NCBI GenBank assembly: GCA_028279595.1 | Contig: JANQNK010000020.1 | Span: 341,711-405,710 of the forward strand | Reading direction: 5' to 3' | Origin: Thermoplasmatota archaeon | GTDB taxonomy: Archaea > Thermoplasmatota > JAKEGO01 | Length of the DNA stretch: 64,000 bases | Shown: piece after piece, positions 27,802 through 37,300 of the stretch | How the letters are laid out: each line of letters starts with the position of its first letter | Numbering within the stretch: position 1 is the first letter of the stretch | The notes under the pieces: generated by a model | What the model saw: the letters and a program-made list of their open reading frames with translations, nothing else | What the model was told of the DNA's origin: nothing | Database searches by the model: none | Translations under genes and position numbers: made by a program

Positions 27802-28773
27802 CTAACGGAATATCATCATCGCGTCGCCGAAGCTGTAGAACCTGTACCTCTCATTGACGGCGGTCTCGTATGCCGTCCTCAGCCTGTCCCATCCCGCGAT
27901 GGCCGCGGTCATCAGGATCGGCGCTGAACGCGGCAGGTGGAAGTTCGTCAGGAACATGTCTATCGGGGCGCTGAACTCGTAGCCGGGATAGATGAACACG
28001 TCCGCCGAACCCTGCCGTTTCCCGGTGCTCAATGCCGTTTCCAAGGCCCTCACGGAGGACGTGCCGACGCATACGAGCCGGTCACACCCCGAAACGGCGT
28101 CCAGGACACCCTCATTGATCTCGTACTCCTCGGCCTGCATCACGTGGTCCTCTACCATCTCGGACCTCACCGGAGTGAACGTGCCTGGTCCGATATGGAG
28201 CGTGATGACCCCTATCTCGACGCCCTTCTCCCTCAATTTTCCAAGGATCCCGTCCGTGAAGTGCAATCCAGCCGTCGGTGCGGCGATGCTGCCAGGCCTT
28301 TCAGCGTAGACGGTCTGGTATCCGCCGGCCCCGTCGTCGGTGTGTATGTACGGCGGCAGGGGAACGTTCCCGAGGGACTCCAGCGAACTCATGTCAATGG
28401 CTGGTTCCGTACGGACGGTCCATTCGTCCCCTTCCTTCCCGACGATCTCGAACCTGATGTCCTCGATGGACCCCGTCGCACCGATCCGCGGCCGACCCTT
28501 GATGAGGGCCGTCCAGGCGTCTCCGGTCCTCCTGTGGAGCAGGAATTCCAAGCGTCCACCGGAGTCCTTCGTCCCCTCCAGCCTGGCAGGCACTACCCTG
28601 GTGTCATTGATGATGACAAGGTCTCCGCTGTCCAGCAGGTCTACGATGTCCCTGAAAACTAGGTGTTGGATCCCGTCATCGACCACCATAAGCCTGGATG
28701 AGTCCCTCGGGGACGCCGGAGTCTGAGCTATGAACTCCTCCGGTAAATGGTACGTGAACCTATCTACTTCCAT
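27802..28773 (-). CDS. queA: S-adenosylmethionine:tRNA ribosyltransferase-isomerase
   Basis: IAQTP, NDTRVVPARL, PLPPYI, YQTVYA, GSIAAPTAGLHFT, TLHIGPGTF, TNFHLPRS, YRFYSFGDAM. Confidence 0.97.
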   Translation of the reverse strand: MEVDRFTYHLPEEFIAQTPASPRDSSRLMVVDDGIQHLVFRDIVDLLDSGDLVIINDTRVVPARLEGTKDSGGRLEFLLHRRTGDAWTALIKGRPRIGATGSIEDIRFEIVGKEGDEWTVRTEPAIDMSSLESLGNVPLPPYIHTDDGAGGYQTVYAERPGSIAAPTAGLHFTDGILGKLREKGVEIGVITLHIGPGTFTPVRSEMVEDHVMQAEEYEINEGVLDAVSGCDRLVCVGTSSVRALETALSTGKRQGSADVFIYPGYEFSAPIDMFLTNFHLPRSAPILMTAAIAGWDRLRTAYETAVNERYRFYSFGDAMMIFR

Positions 28774-28819
28774 CTGTCCGAACGACCCTGGTCAGCAGAT
28801 GACGGGATTGGCCGCCTGT

Positions 28820-29038
28820 CTACTTCTTCATTATCTTCATCCAGCCGTTGCTCTCGTAGATCGCGAGGTTCCTCTCACTCATGAAGGATTCGAACTCGCC
28901 CCACGAGATCTCCTCGAGACGCGCGTTGTTCCCGCGCGTGAACTGGATTCCGTCGGTCCCCTTGACCCTGCCGGGTTTCAGTCCCTTCTTCTGGCAGATG
29001 TCCTTTGCGTTCTCGAGCGATATTATCTCCATAGCCAT
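28820..29038 (-). CDS. small conserved-looking hypothetical protein (72 aa)
   Basis: Strong SD GGAGGT, upstream TTTAAA box, highly biased codons; P-x-x-V-x-G-T...LEEISW-x-EF motif. Confidence 0.8.
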   Translation of the reverse strand: MAMEIISLENAKDICQKKGLKPGRVKGTDGIQFTRGNNARLEEISWGEFESFMSERNLAIYESNGWMKIMKK

Positions 29039-29485
29039 ACTCTTACCTCCTCTGTGTCTTATGACTGGCTACGTAATGCGGAACAGGGGATTTAAATCTT
29101 CCGATGACTGGCCCCCCTAAATTCGACGTTCGGGAACTCTTAATTAACGGGGTCCAGGGAGGTACGAATTATGTCGAAATGAGGGTTTGTTATTTAAAAA
29201 AGACCCGGAAAACGGCTTAATTACGGTACTGGCCCACTCTTAATTACGAAATGACGGGCCTCGAAATGCCCGATCCCGGTATCGATCCAGCAAAACCATC
29301 GGTCTCGATCCGAGAATCGGACCCGAGGACCTCTGATGGACCATGATATCGGGCTGTCGTTCCACCCTCGTTCCGGCGGTTCCGTAGGATCGGCCCGGCC
29401 TTTTTATAGCCAAGGGCCGTCCGGTTTCCGTGGAAAGGTATATTTAGAGGGTCCTCTTTCATACGGCCGATAAGGAGAGATACGT

Positions 29486-30202
29486 ATGATGCAAGGAGGT
29501 CAGATGGCATATGACAGGGCGATCACGGTTTTCTCGCCCGACGGCCGCCTGTTCCAGGTGGAGTATGCCAGGGAGGCCGTGAAGAGAGGAACCACCACGG
29601 TCGGCCTGAAGTACGACAAGGGAGTCGTCCTGATAATCGACAAGAGGATCACAAGCAATCTCATCGAGCCCCATTCGATCGAGAAGATGTTCCAGATCGA
29701 CAACACCGTCGGATGCGCGACATCCGGTCTCGTGGCCGACGCCCGCGTGCTCGTGGAGCGCGCCAGGGTCGTGTGCCAGGTGAACAAGATCAGGTACAAC
29801 GAGGAGATACCGGTCGAGATGCTCGTCAAGGAGATCTGCGACTTCAAACAGTCCTACACCCAGTACGGTGGTGTCCGACCGTTCGGTATCGCGCTGCTCA
29901 TAGGCGGCGTGGACCCCGACGGTACCGTGCACCTGTACGAGACGGACCCGAGCGGTGCCATGATGGCCTACAAGGCCGGCAGCATCGGGGCCGCCCGCAA
30001 CAACGTCCTCGCGATATTCGAGGAGAAGTACAAGGACGGCATGTCCCGGGACGACGCGATAATGCTTGGGCTGGGCGCCCTGAAGGAGTCCACCGAGGCC
30101 GAAATGAACGCTGAGGCCGTTGAGATAGGCCTCGTCGAGGTCGACGGTGAGTTCAGGAAGATCACGAACGGGGAGGTCCAGACCTACCTCGATAGACTGT
30201 GA
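29486..30202 (+). CDS. psmA: proteasome subunit alpha
   Basis: AYDRAITVFSPDGRLFQVEYAREAV, QYGGVRPFG, ETDPSG. Confidence 0.98.
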   Translation: MMQGGQMAYDRAITVFSPDGRLFQVEYAREAVKRGTTTVGLKYDKGVVLIIDKRITSNLIEPHSIEKMFQIDNTVGCATSGLVADARVLVERARVVCQVNKIRYNEEIPVEMLVKEICDFKQSYTQYGGVRPFGIALLIGGVDPDGTVHLYETDPSGAMMAYKAGSIGAARNNVLAIFEEKYKDGMSRDDAIMLGLGALKESTEAEMNAEAVEIGLVEVDGEFRKITNGEVQTYLDRL

Positions 30203-30222
30203 TCGTTCAAGGGGGTGCCTGA

Positions 30223-30951
30223 ATGGTTCTGAGACCCGGTCGAGACAAGGAGTCAGGTGGACCTCTGGACGAGGCCGTCATAGCCCGTTTCGATTCCTCC
30301 GGCGAGCGCTTCGAGGTGCTCGTCGACCCCGACCTTGCGAAGGACCTCATCGAGGGTTCCGACGTGGACCTCGAGAAGGTCCTTGCGGTCGATGCCATCT
30401 TCAAGGACGTGAAGAAGGGGGACCGCGCCTCCTCCGAGGCCCTCAACAAGATATTCGAGACGGAGGAGTTCCTCGTCGTCGCAGAGCGGATCATCCGCGA
30501 GGGAGAGATCCATCTCACAACGAAGCAGAGGCGCGAGATGCTCGAGCAGAAGAGGAAGCAGATCGTCACCTACATCACGAGGAACGCGATCAACCCGAGG
30601 ACCATGACCCCTCACCCGCCGCAGCGGATCGAGAACGCGATCTCGGAGGCGAAGGTGCAGATCGATCCCTTCAAACCCGTGGAGACGCAGATCGACGCGG
30701 TGATGTCCGGGATATCGCCACTTCTACCGATCAAGATCGAATCGCTGACCATCGCGGTCAAGCTCCCGGCCGAGGACGCGGCACGCGTTTACGGCGACAT
30801 GAGGGAGTACGGCGACGTGCAGCGCGAGGAGTGGCAGAAGGACGGCTCGTGGGTCGGACTCGTCAAGATTCCAGCCGGGGTCCAGGACGAGTTCTTCGAC
30901 AGGCTGAACAGCCGGACCAAGGGCAGCGTCGAGACCAAGATCATACGTTAA
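30223..30951 (+). CDS. sdo1: ribosome maturation factor SBDS/Sdo1
   Basis: GERFEVLVDP, INPRT-x-x-PHPP-x-RIE, EEW-x-x-DGSW. Confidence 0.95.
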   Translation: MVLRPGRDKESGGPLDEAVIARFDSSGERFEVLVDPDLAKDLIEGSDVDLEKVLAVDAIFKDVKKGDRASSEALNKIFETEEFLVVAERIIREGEIHLTTKQRREMLEQKRKQIVTYITRNAINPRTMTPHPPQRIENAISEAKVQIDPFKPVETQIDAVMSGISPLLPIKIESLTIAVKLPAEDAARVYGDMREYGDVQREEWQKDGSWVGLVKIPAGVQDEFFDRLNSRTKGSVETKIIR

Positions 30952-31056
30952 TGTCAATGATGAAATGTTGAATGTTGAAATCTGGAAGAAAACTGAATAT
31001 TGAAGATTTGAGGAATATTTGAACCGAACATATATTGGAGAAACGAAGGTGAATTT

Positions 31057-32097
31057 ATGAGCAGAAGTAACAAGGATATAACCGTACCCGGGACCATCAT
31101 GAACCCGCCGGGCGAGAAGATGCAGGCGGGCAACGGGACCTTCTGGAACGGACAGGACGTCGTCGCGAACATCGTCGGCCTCCGGAACCAGAGAGGGGCC
31201 TACATGAACCTGATCCCCATGGGGGGCAGGTACGTCCCCCAACCGAGGAAGAACGACCTCATCATCGGGATCATAACCGATACCGCCCCGAGCTACTGGA
31301 CCGTGGACATCAACTCGCCGTACACGGCGATGCTCCACGTGAACGACTGCCCCTGGAAGGTGGATTTCGGAGAGACCGTCCGGTACCTAAACAACGGCGA
31401 CGTGATAATCGCGAAGATATCGGAGGTCGGAGAGCTCCGGAAGGTCTACGTCTCGTTGAAGGAGAAGGGCCTCAGGAGACTGGAATCGGGTCACATCATC
31501 ACCATGTCGCCGTCGAAGGTGCCCAGGGTGATCGGCAAGAAGGGCTCGATGCTCTCGATGCTGAAGGCCTACACCAACTGCAGGATATTCGTGGGCCAGA
31601 ACGGCCGCCTGTGGGTGGATGGCAAGCACGAGAACATCCTGGTACTCGAGGAGGCCGTCAATCGCATCGAGGCGATGTCGCACATGCCCGGCCTGACCAC
31701 GGAGATCGAGGCGTTCCTGAAGTCCCGGCTAGGAGAGCCCTCGGGCGACTACAGGGAGCACGACGACCGCCGCGGCGACCGCAGGGACGACAGGCGCGAT
31801 CGCAGGGACGACAGGCGTGACAGAAGGGACGAGCGCCCCCGAGAGGAGGCAAAGCCCGAGCCGGTCGAGGAGCCCAAGGAAGAGCCGGTCGAGGAGACAG
31901 ACGAGCCGGCACCCGTCGAGGAGCCAGCTGCAGAGACCGTCGAGGATACCGTCGAAGAGGCACCCGCCGAGGAGACGACTGAAGAACCGGTCATTTCCAT
32001 AGTCGGCGCGGACGGCGAACCCGCAGATGACATTAGCGAAGACATCAAAGAAGAAAGTGAAGTGAAAGAAGTGATTTTCGAAGAGGAAGGTGATTGA
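31057..32097 (+). CDS. rrp4: exosome RNA-binding protein Rrp4 with long DR-rich/acidic C-terminal extension
   Basis: S1 domain (W-x-VDINSPY-x-A), KH domain (KVPRVIGKKGSM, VGQNG); superoperon position. Confidence 0.95.
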   Translation: MSRSNKDITVPGTIMNPPGEKMQAGNGTFWNGQDVVANIVGLRNQRGAYMNLIPMGGRYVPQPRKNDLIIGIITDTAPSYWTVDINSPYTAMLHVNDCPWKVDFGETVRYLNNGDVIIAKISEVGELRKVYVSLKEKGLRRLESGHIITMSPSKVPRVIGKKGSMLSMLKAYTNCRIFVGQNGRLWVDGKHENILVLEEAVNRIEAMSHMPGLTTEIEAFLKSRLGEPSGDYREHDDRRGDRRDDRRDRRDDRRDRRDERPREEAKPEPVEEPKEEPVEETDEPAPVEEPAAETVEDTVEEAPAEETTEEPVISIVGADGEPADDISEDIKEESEVKEVIFEEEGD

Positions 32098-32099
32098 AA

Positions 32100-32831
32100 A
32101 TGGGAGGAGGAGGAGAAGACCTGACCTTCATCGATGATGAGGGCAAGCGACTCGACGGGCGGAAGCCGAACGAGCTCCGACCGATCAAGATGAAACTAGG
32201 CGGCGTACCCAACGCCGACGGCTCCGCTCTGGTGGAGTGGGGCGACAACAAGGTTATGGCTGCCTGCTACGGGCCAAGGGAACTTCACCCGAAGCACAAG
32301 CAGCACCCGATGAGGGCGCTCGTGCAGGTGACCTACAACATGGCCCCGTTCTCGGTCAGCGACCGGAAGAGGCCCGGACCCGACAGGCGGTCCCAGGAGA
32401 TATCGAAGGTGCTCTCGGAGGCGCTCACACACGTGACGTTCGTCGAGCAGTTCCCGAAAGCGACCATCGACGTGTACGTGGAGATCCTGCAAGCCAGCGC
32501 AGGCACGAGGTGTGTCGGACTGACCGCTGCGAGCCTCGCCATGGCCGACGCCGGGATACCGATGCGCGACATCGTGACATCGGTTGCCGCAGGCAAGGTC
32601 GGCGGCGAGATCGTCCTCGACCTGTCCAAGGAGGAGGACAACTTCGGAGAGGCCGACCTGCCCATCGGCATGGTCGTGAACTCCGGCGAGGTCGTGCTGC
32701 TCCAGATGGACGGCCACATGACGACCGCGGAGTTCGAGAAGGCCATGGGCCTGATCGAGGATGCGGCAAAGGAGATCTACGGAATGCAGGTCGATGCCAT
32801 CAAGGCCAAGTATTCGGAGGTGGGCGCATGA
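32100..32831 (+). CDS. rrp41: exosome exonuclease Rrp41 (start ATG 32100, or TTG 32094)
   Basis: RLDGR...ELRP, ADGSA, YNMAPFS-x-x-DR, AGTR, D-L-x-K-E-E-D, LLQMDG. Confidence 0.96.
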   Translation: MGGGGEDLTFIDDEGKRLDGRKPNELRPIKMKLGGVPNADGSALVEWGDNKVMAACYGPRELHPKHKQHPMRALVQVTYNMAPFSVSDRKRPGPDRRSQEISKVLSEALTHVTFVEQFPKATIDVYVEILQASAGTRCVGLTAASLAMADAGIPMRDIVTSVAAGKVGGEIVLDLSKEEDNFGEADLPIGMVVNSGEVVLLQMDGHMTTAEFEKAMGLIEDAAKEIYGMQVDAIKAKYSEVGA

Positions 32832-33610
32832 GACAGGAGGTCATCGCCGACATCGAGAGGGATTACATCTACAATCTGGTCAAGCAGGGAAAGCGCGCAG
32901 ACGGCCGTGGACTGGACGAGAACCGCGAGATATCCTACGAGATAAATCCGATAACTTCCGCGGACGGATCCGCCCGTGTCAAGATGGGCAATGCGGACGT
33001 CATCGTGGGCGTCAAGATAGGCATTGGCTCGCCGTTCAACGACAGACCGGCAATGGGCGTCATGATGACCGTGGCCGAGCTCCGCCCGTTCGCGTACGAG
33101 TACTTCGAGACCGGTCCCCCGAGGCCCCCGGCGATCGAGATCGCCCGTGTAGTCGATCGCGGTATCCGCGAGGCAGGGACAATCGACATCTCGAAGCTCT
33201 GCATCGAGGAGGGCGAGAAGGTCTGGATGGTCTTCATAGACATCCACGCGATCAACTTCGACGGCAATCTGATCGCCGCCGCAGGCCTTGCAGGAACGCT
33301 GGCTCTCAAGAACGCCACCGTCCCGGCCGAACAGTACGACGTGGGAGAGAACTTCCCGCTGCCAGTGGTCAACTATCCGATTCCGGTCACCAGCGTCAAG
33401 CTGAGGCACGGCATCGTGGTGGACCCGACAGCGGTCGAGGAGGTCGTGGCTGACGCCAGGATCACCACCACGTTCGACGAGAACGGCGACCTGAGGGCCA
33501 TGCAGAAGGGCCATGGAGGCTCCTTCACCCGCCAGGAACTGACGCAGATAATCGAGACCAACGCGAAAGTTTCAAATAACATAAGGGATTTGGTCGGGCT
33601 GAAACAATGA
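32828..33610 (+). CDS. rrp42: exosome subunit Rrp42
   Basis: Start ATG 32828 overlapping the rrp41 stop; RADGR, ADGSA-x-V, FETGPP, ARVVDRGIRE, DGN, VDPT-x-x-EE, MQK. Confidence 0.95.
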   Translation: MRQEVIADIERDYIYNLVKQGKRADGRGLDENREISYEINPITSADGSARVKMGNADVIVGVKIGIGSPFNDRPAMGVMMTVAELRPFAYEYFETGPPRPPAIEIARVVDRGIREAGTIDISKLCIEEGEKVWMVFIDIHAINFDGNLIAAAGLAGTLALKNATVPAEQYDVGENFPLPVVNYPIPVTSVKLRHGIVVDPTAVEEVVADARITTTFDENGDLRAMQKGHGGSFTRQELTQIIETNAKVSNNIRDLVGLKQ

Positions 33611-33849
33611 CCCGGAGAACCAAGAAGATAGGAAGCGCAGGGCGCTTCGGGCCCAAATACGGGGTGAAGATCCGCAAGCAGATCGCCGCTCTTGAAGCGA
33701 AGAAGGTCAAGAGGCACGCATGCCCCAGATGCCTCCACAAGTCCGTGAAACGTGTGGAGACGTCCATCTGGAACTGCAGGCACTGCGGCCTCACCTTCGC
33801 GAGCGGAGCATACAACCCCAACCTTGGCCGGGTCAAGTACGAGGACTGA
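33607..33849 (+). CDS. rpl37ae: 50S ribosomal protein L37Ae (eL43)
   Basis: AGRFGPKYG, CPRC, IWNCRHC, F-x-x-GAY. Confidence 0.96.
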   Translation: MTRRTKKIGSAGRFGPKYGVKIRKQIAALEAKKVKRHACPRCLHKSVKRVETSIWNCRHCGLTFASGAYNPNLGRVKYED

Positions 33850-33853
33850 GCAG

Positions 33854-33988
33854 ATGTATCACTGCATCAAGTGTGGATCCCCGATCACGAGCACCATACA
33901 CGTGATGGGATTCCAATGTGAGAAATGCGGATGCAAGATCTTCTACAAGGAAAGGGTCAGCACGAAGAAGATCCTTCAGGCCGAGTGA
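33854..33988 (+). CDS. rpoP: RNA polymerase subunit P (Rpo12)
   Basis: MYHCIKCG...CEKCGCKIFYKER zinc ribbon; canonical position after rpl37ae. Confidence 0.9.
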   Translation: MYHCIKCGSPITSTIHVMGFQCEKCGCKIFYKERVSTKKILQAE

Positions 33989-34200
33989 ACCGGCTCACCT
34001 TGAAGCTCGAGGACAAGGGTATCCTTGCAGCCCTGGCTGTGGAGGCGAAGACCGATGAGAGGATCTCCCTCGAGGTCGACGTCGATTCCGGTACTGTTAC
34101 TGTCTCTAGTACAGATATTACAGGGTTGAAGGCTGCGATGAACACCATGTTCAGGATGATCGAGACCGCCGAGGGCGTCTCGGACGTTCTCGGCGAGTGA
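33985..34200 (+). CDS. pcc1: KEOPS complex subunit Pcc1
   Basis: GTG start overlapping the rpoP stop (GTGA); AL-x-x-E and S-x-D-x-x-x-LKAAMNT-x-x-R motifs; canonical position. Confidence 0.8.
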   Translation: MNRLTLKLEDKGILAALAVEAKTDERISLEVDVDSGTVTVSSTDITGLKAAMNTMFRMIETAEGVSDVLGE

Positions 34201-34215
34201 AACCCCCCCAAGCAG

Positions 34216-34254
34216 GAGGGCCGTGGAGGCCCTCGGCGCCATTTTTTCTTCTTT
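34216..34254 (+). terminator. hairpin plus oligo-T terminator of the exosome superoperon
   Basis: GAGGGCC-GTGGA-GGCCCTC followed by TTTTTTCTTCTTT. Confidence 0.65.
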
Positions 34255-34363
34255 CATTGATATTCATAGGTAGGCCGAAATATACTGTTCTCTTGCGAAA
34301 ATGGGCTTATATTCAAAGAACTGAACCATAAAACCCTTTATTACCTGAATCCTAGGATTTTCA

Positions 34364-37300
34364 ATGAGGGTGTCCAAGATGAAGGGGACTTTGGCGATAT
34401 TGTTTATCGTCGTCTGTTTCGCGATGGTTCTCCCGCAAGCGGCGGGAGACACCATCGTTGTCGATGATGACGGTGGTGCGTGGGCGGATTATTCCAACAT
34501 ACAGGAGGCTGTAAACGCATCAAGTGAAGGGGATGTGATCCGGATATTCAATGGTACATATTCAAGTCACATTGAGATAGAGATAAACGTCAGCCTAATC
34601 GGGAACGGTACCAACGAGACCAGGATCGTACGAAATTGGACCAATCATGTGATATTCAACGTCAATCACCACAATGTAACGATATCCGATATGATGTTGA
34701 CAGATGTAACGGGTGATCACTCCACAGGCATATACCTGTACGGTGAACCTCCCGACGAAATCGTCAATGATCTCACGGTAGAGCGTGTCCTCTTCGAAAA
34801 CCTCACTATCGGAATAACAATTTCAGGATCGTCAAACAACCGGATCGAGAACTGTACATTCATCGATGAAGAGATCGCTGTCAACATTGACTGGTCCACC
34901 AACAACTATTATAGGAACAATACAATGATAAACTGTGGTCTGGAATTTGCTGGATACGGAGTGAAGGACCAGAAGTTCGAGTACATGGACCATGACATCG
35001 ATACCTCTAATACCGCGAACGGACGCCCTGTGGTCTATATTAAGGACCAGGTTGGAGGCTCGATCCCGACCGATCCCGGTCAAGTGATCGTCTTCAACTC
35101 TACCGATATCAAGATCGAGAACCTGAACATCACCGATGCAACCGGTGGGATCTATGTCGGTTATTCGGATCGCATCAGTATTTCGAACAACACATTGATA
35201 GACAACCGACTAGCAGGTATCTTCGTGATCACCCTCAATGATAGCCTGATACACAACAATACGATAATCGGGTCCATCGGTGTTGGGAACCGGTACGGAA
35301 CAGGATTGAAGTTGACCACATATTGTAACAACAACACAGTCTCGGGAAATACCATATCCAATTCCAATGACCAAGGACTAGCACTCACTGGCCTTGGGAC
35401 GAACAACCGTATCCTTTCGAATCACGTGTATATGAATGGTGGCGCGGGGATCGGAATTTCATATTCCCACAATAATATGATTTTCGATAACATCTGTGAT
35501 TCGAACCTGATCGGGGTCGGGATGAGTGATTCAAGCTACAATAACGCTACAAACAATACTTGTACCCATAATGAAGAGAGCGGGATCTCTGTTTTCCGAG
35601 ACGCACACTGGAATGTTGTTTTCGACAACGTAGTCATGAACAATGATCGATATGGGATCGTGATCGATGGGCTTGAGCACCTCCCCTCTGGCAACAATTC
35701 GGTGATCCATAATCAGATCTTGAAGAATCAGAATTATGGTCTCGCTGTTTTCGAAAAACCGACCAAGGAGGTATCCTTCAATTCCACGATCTATGATAAC
35801 ATATTCTGGAAGAACGGAAAACCCACTTCCCAGGGTTATGATGACGGTGTGAACAGCGCATGGGACAACGGAACCACTGGCAATTATTGGCACGATTACA
35901 AGGGTCGGGACGCAGACCACGATGGTATCGGAGATTCTGCTTACGATATCGACGGAAATGCCAACGTTCAGGACCGATATCCCCTCATGTATCCTTGGAA
36001 AGGATCGTTAATACCCTTCACATGGATCGTCGACGATAACTGGGGTTCATGGTGGGATTTCGACAGCATCCAGGATGCGGTCGATGCGTCGAGCGATGGA
36101 GATACGATCCGTGTGTATTCAGGATATTACGATGAGGCTATCGTACTCGATAACCAACTCTCTATCATTGGTAATGGATCCAATTCTACAACCATCCATG
36201 GCGATGTCAATGACGGTAACCAAACCGGCGACAACTACAACACGATAACGATTGAGGCCGACTACTGCATCCTTTCCGATCTGTTCATTTCGTATTCAGG
36301 GAGCGAGGAATATTCGGCGGGCATCGGGGTATTTGCCGATGAGATTCAACTTACTAATATCGAGTTACGTCACAATCGGTTTGGTATCTACATCAATGGA
36401 TCCAACAATGTGTCCATATCGAATTTCGATATCCAGGACAATACAGCAGCAATCCGGATTTACGATTCCTCTAATGTTACTATAGATTCGTTCCAGATAT
36501 CGATCAACCAATCCTACAACCGGTCGGCGCAAGAACAGACCATCATCATTGAAAGGAGTACGAACCTGTCAGTTATGAGTACAACCGGCCATTATCTACG
36601 CTTCGTTCGCTGCGAGGACGTATCCGTCGAAGAGTCGACTATTGAACATATGTGGCTTCAGACATCATATTGGGTAACGATCAGCCATTGTGTTCTCGTC
36701 AACGATGATGGTATCATCATGCAGGATGGAGGGATGATCGATATCGACCGTGTAACGGTACGCAACAGTATAGATGACGGAATAAGTGTTGGCGATGGAG
36801 CACGAAAGATCCGGATAACTAACTCCACCATCTCAAACTGTACAAACACCGGCATTCTGCTATCCATTGATACAGAAGATGTATCGATTATCGATTGTAC
36901 AATCTCCAAATGTGGTGATGATGGCATCAACCTCAGAATGGACGTTGTCACAATATCGAACGTCACGATATCCGACTGCAATAGGTCGATCATCAGGATC
37001 GACGGAGATGATTGTGAAATTTCGAACGGATCATTCAGCAATTGTAGTGGTACTATTCAGGTGCTCCTCGACGGTAATGGGAATATGATCAAAGACTCAG
37101 AGTTCTTTGTTGATGACTCCTATGGGATTTATCTTACCAACATCTGTGATGATACCGAGATATATCACAACAACTTCCATTCACTGTCGAACAGCACAAC
37201 CTTCGTATACCAGGAGAATGGGACATACAACCTATGGGACAATGGTTCTGCAGGTAACTACTGGTCCGACTACGACGGTAGCGATGATGATGGCGATGGG

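Noticed and set aside
29424-29438. ORB-like TTTCCGTGGAAA (and GTTCCACTGG at about 56133) as a replication origin
   Set aside because: Isolated imperfect copies without a G-string, no adjacent orc1/cdc6, and the first overlaps the psmA BRE.
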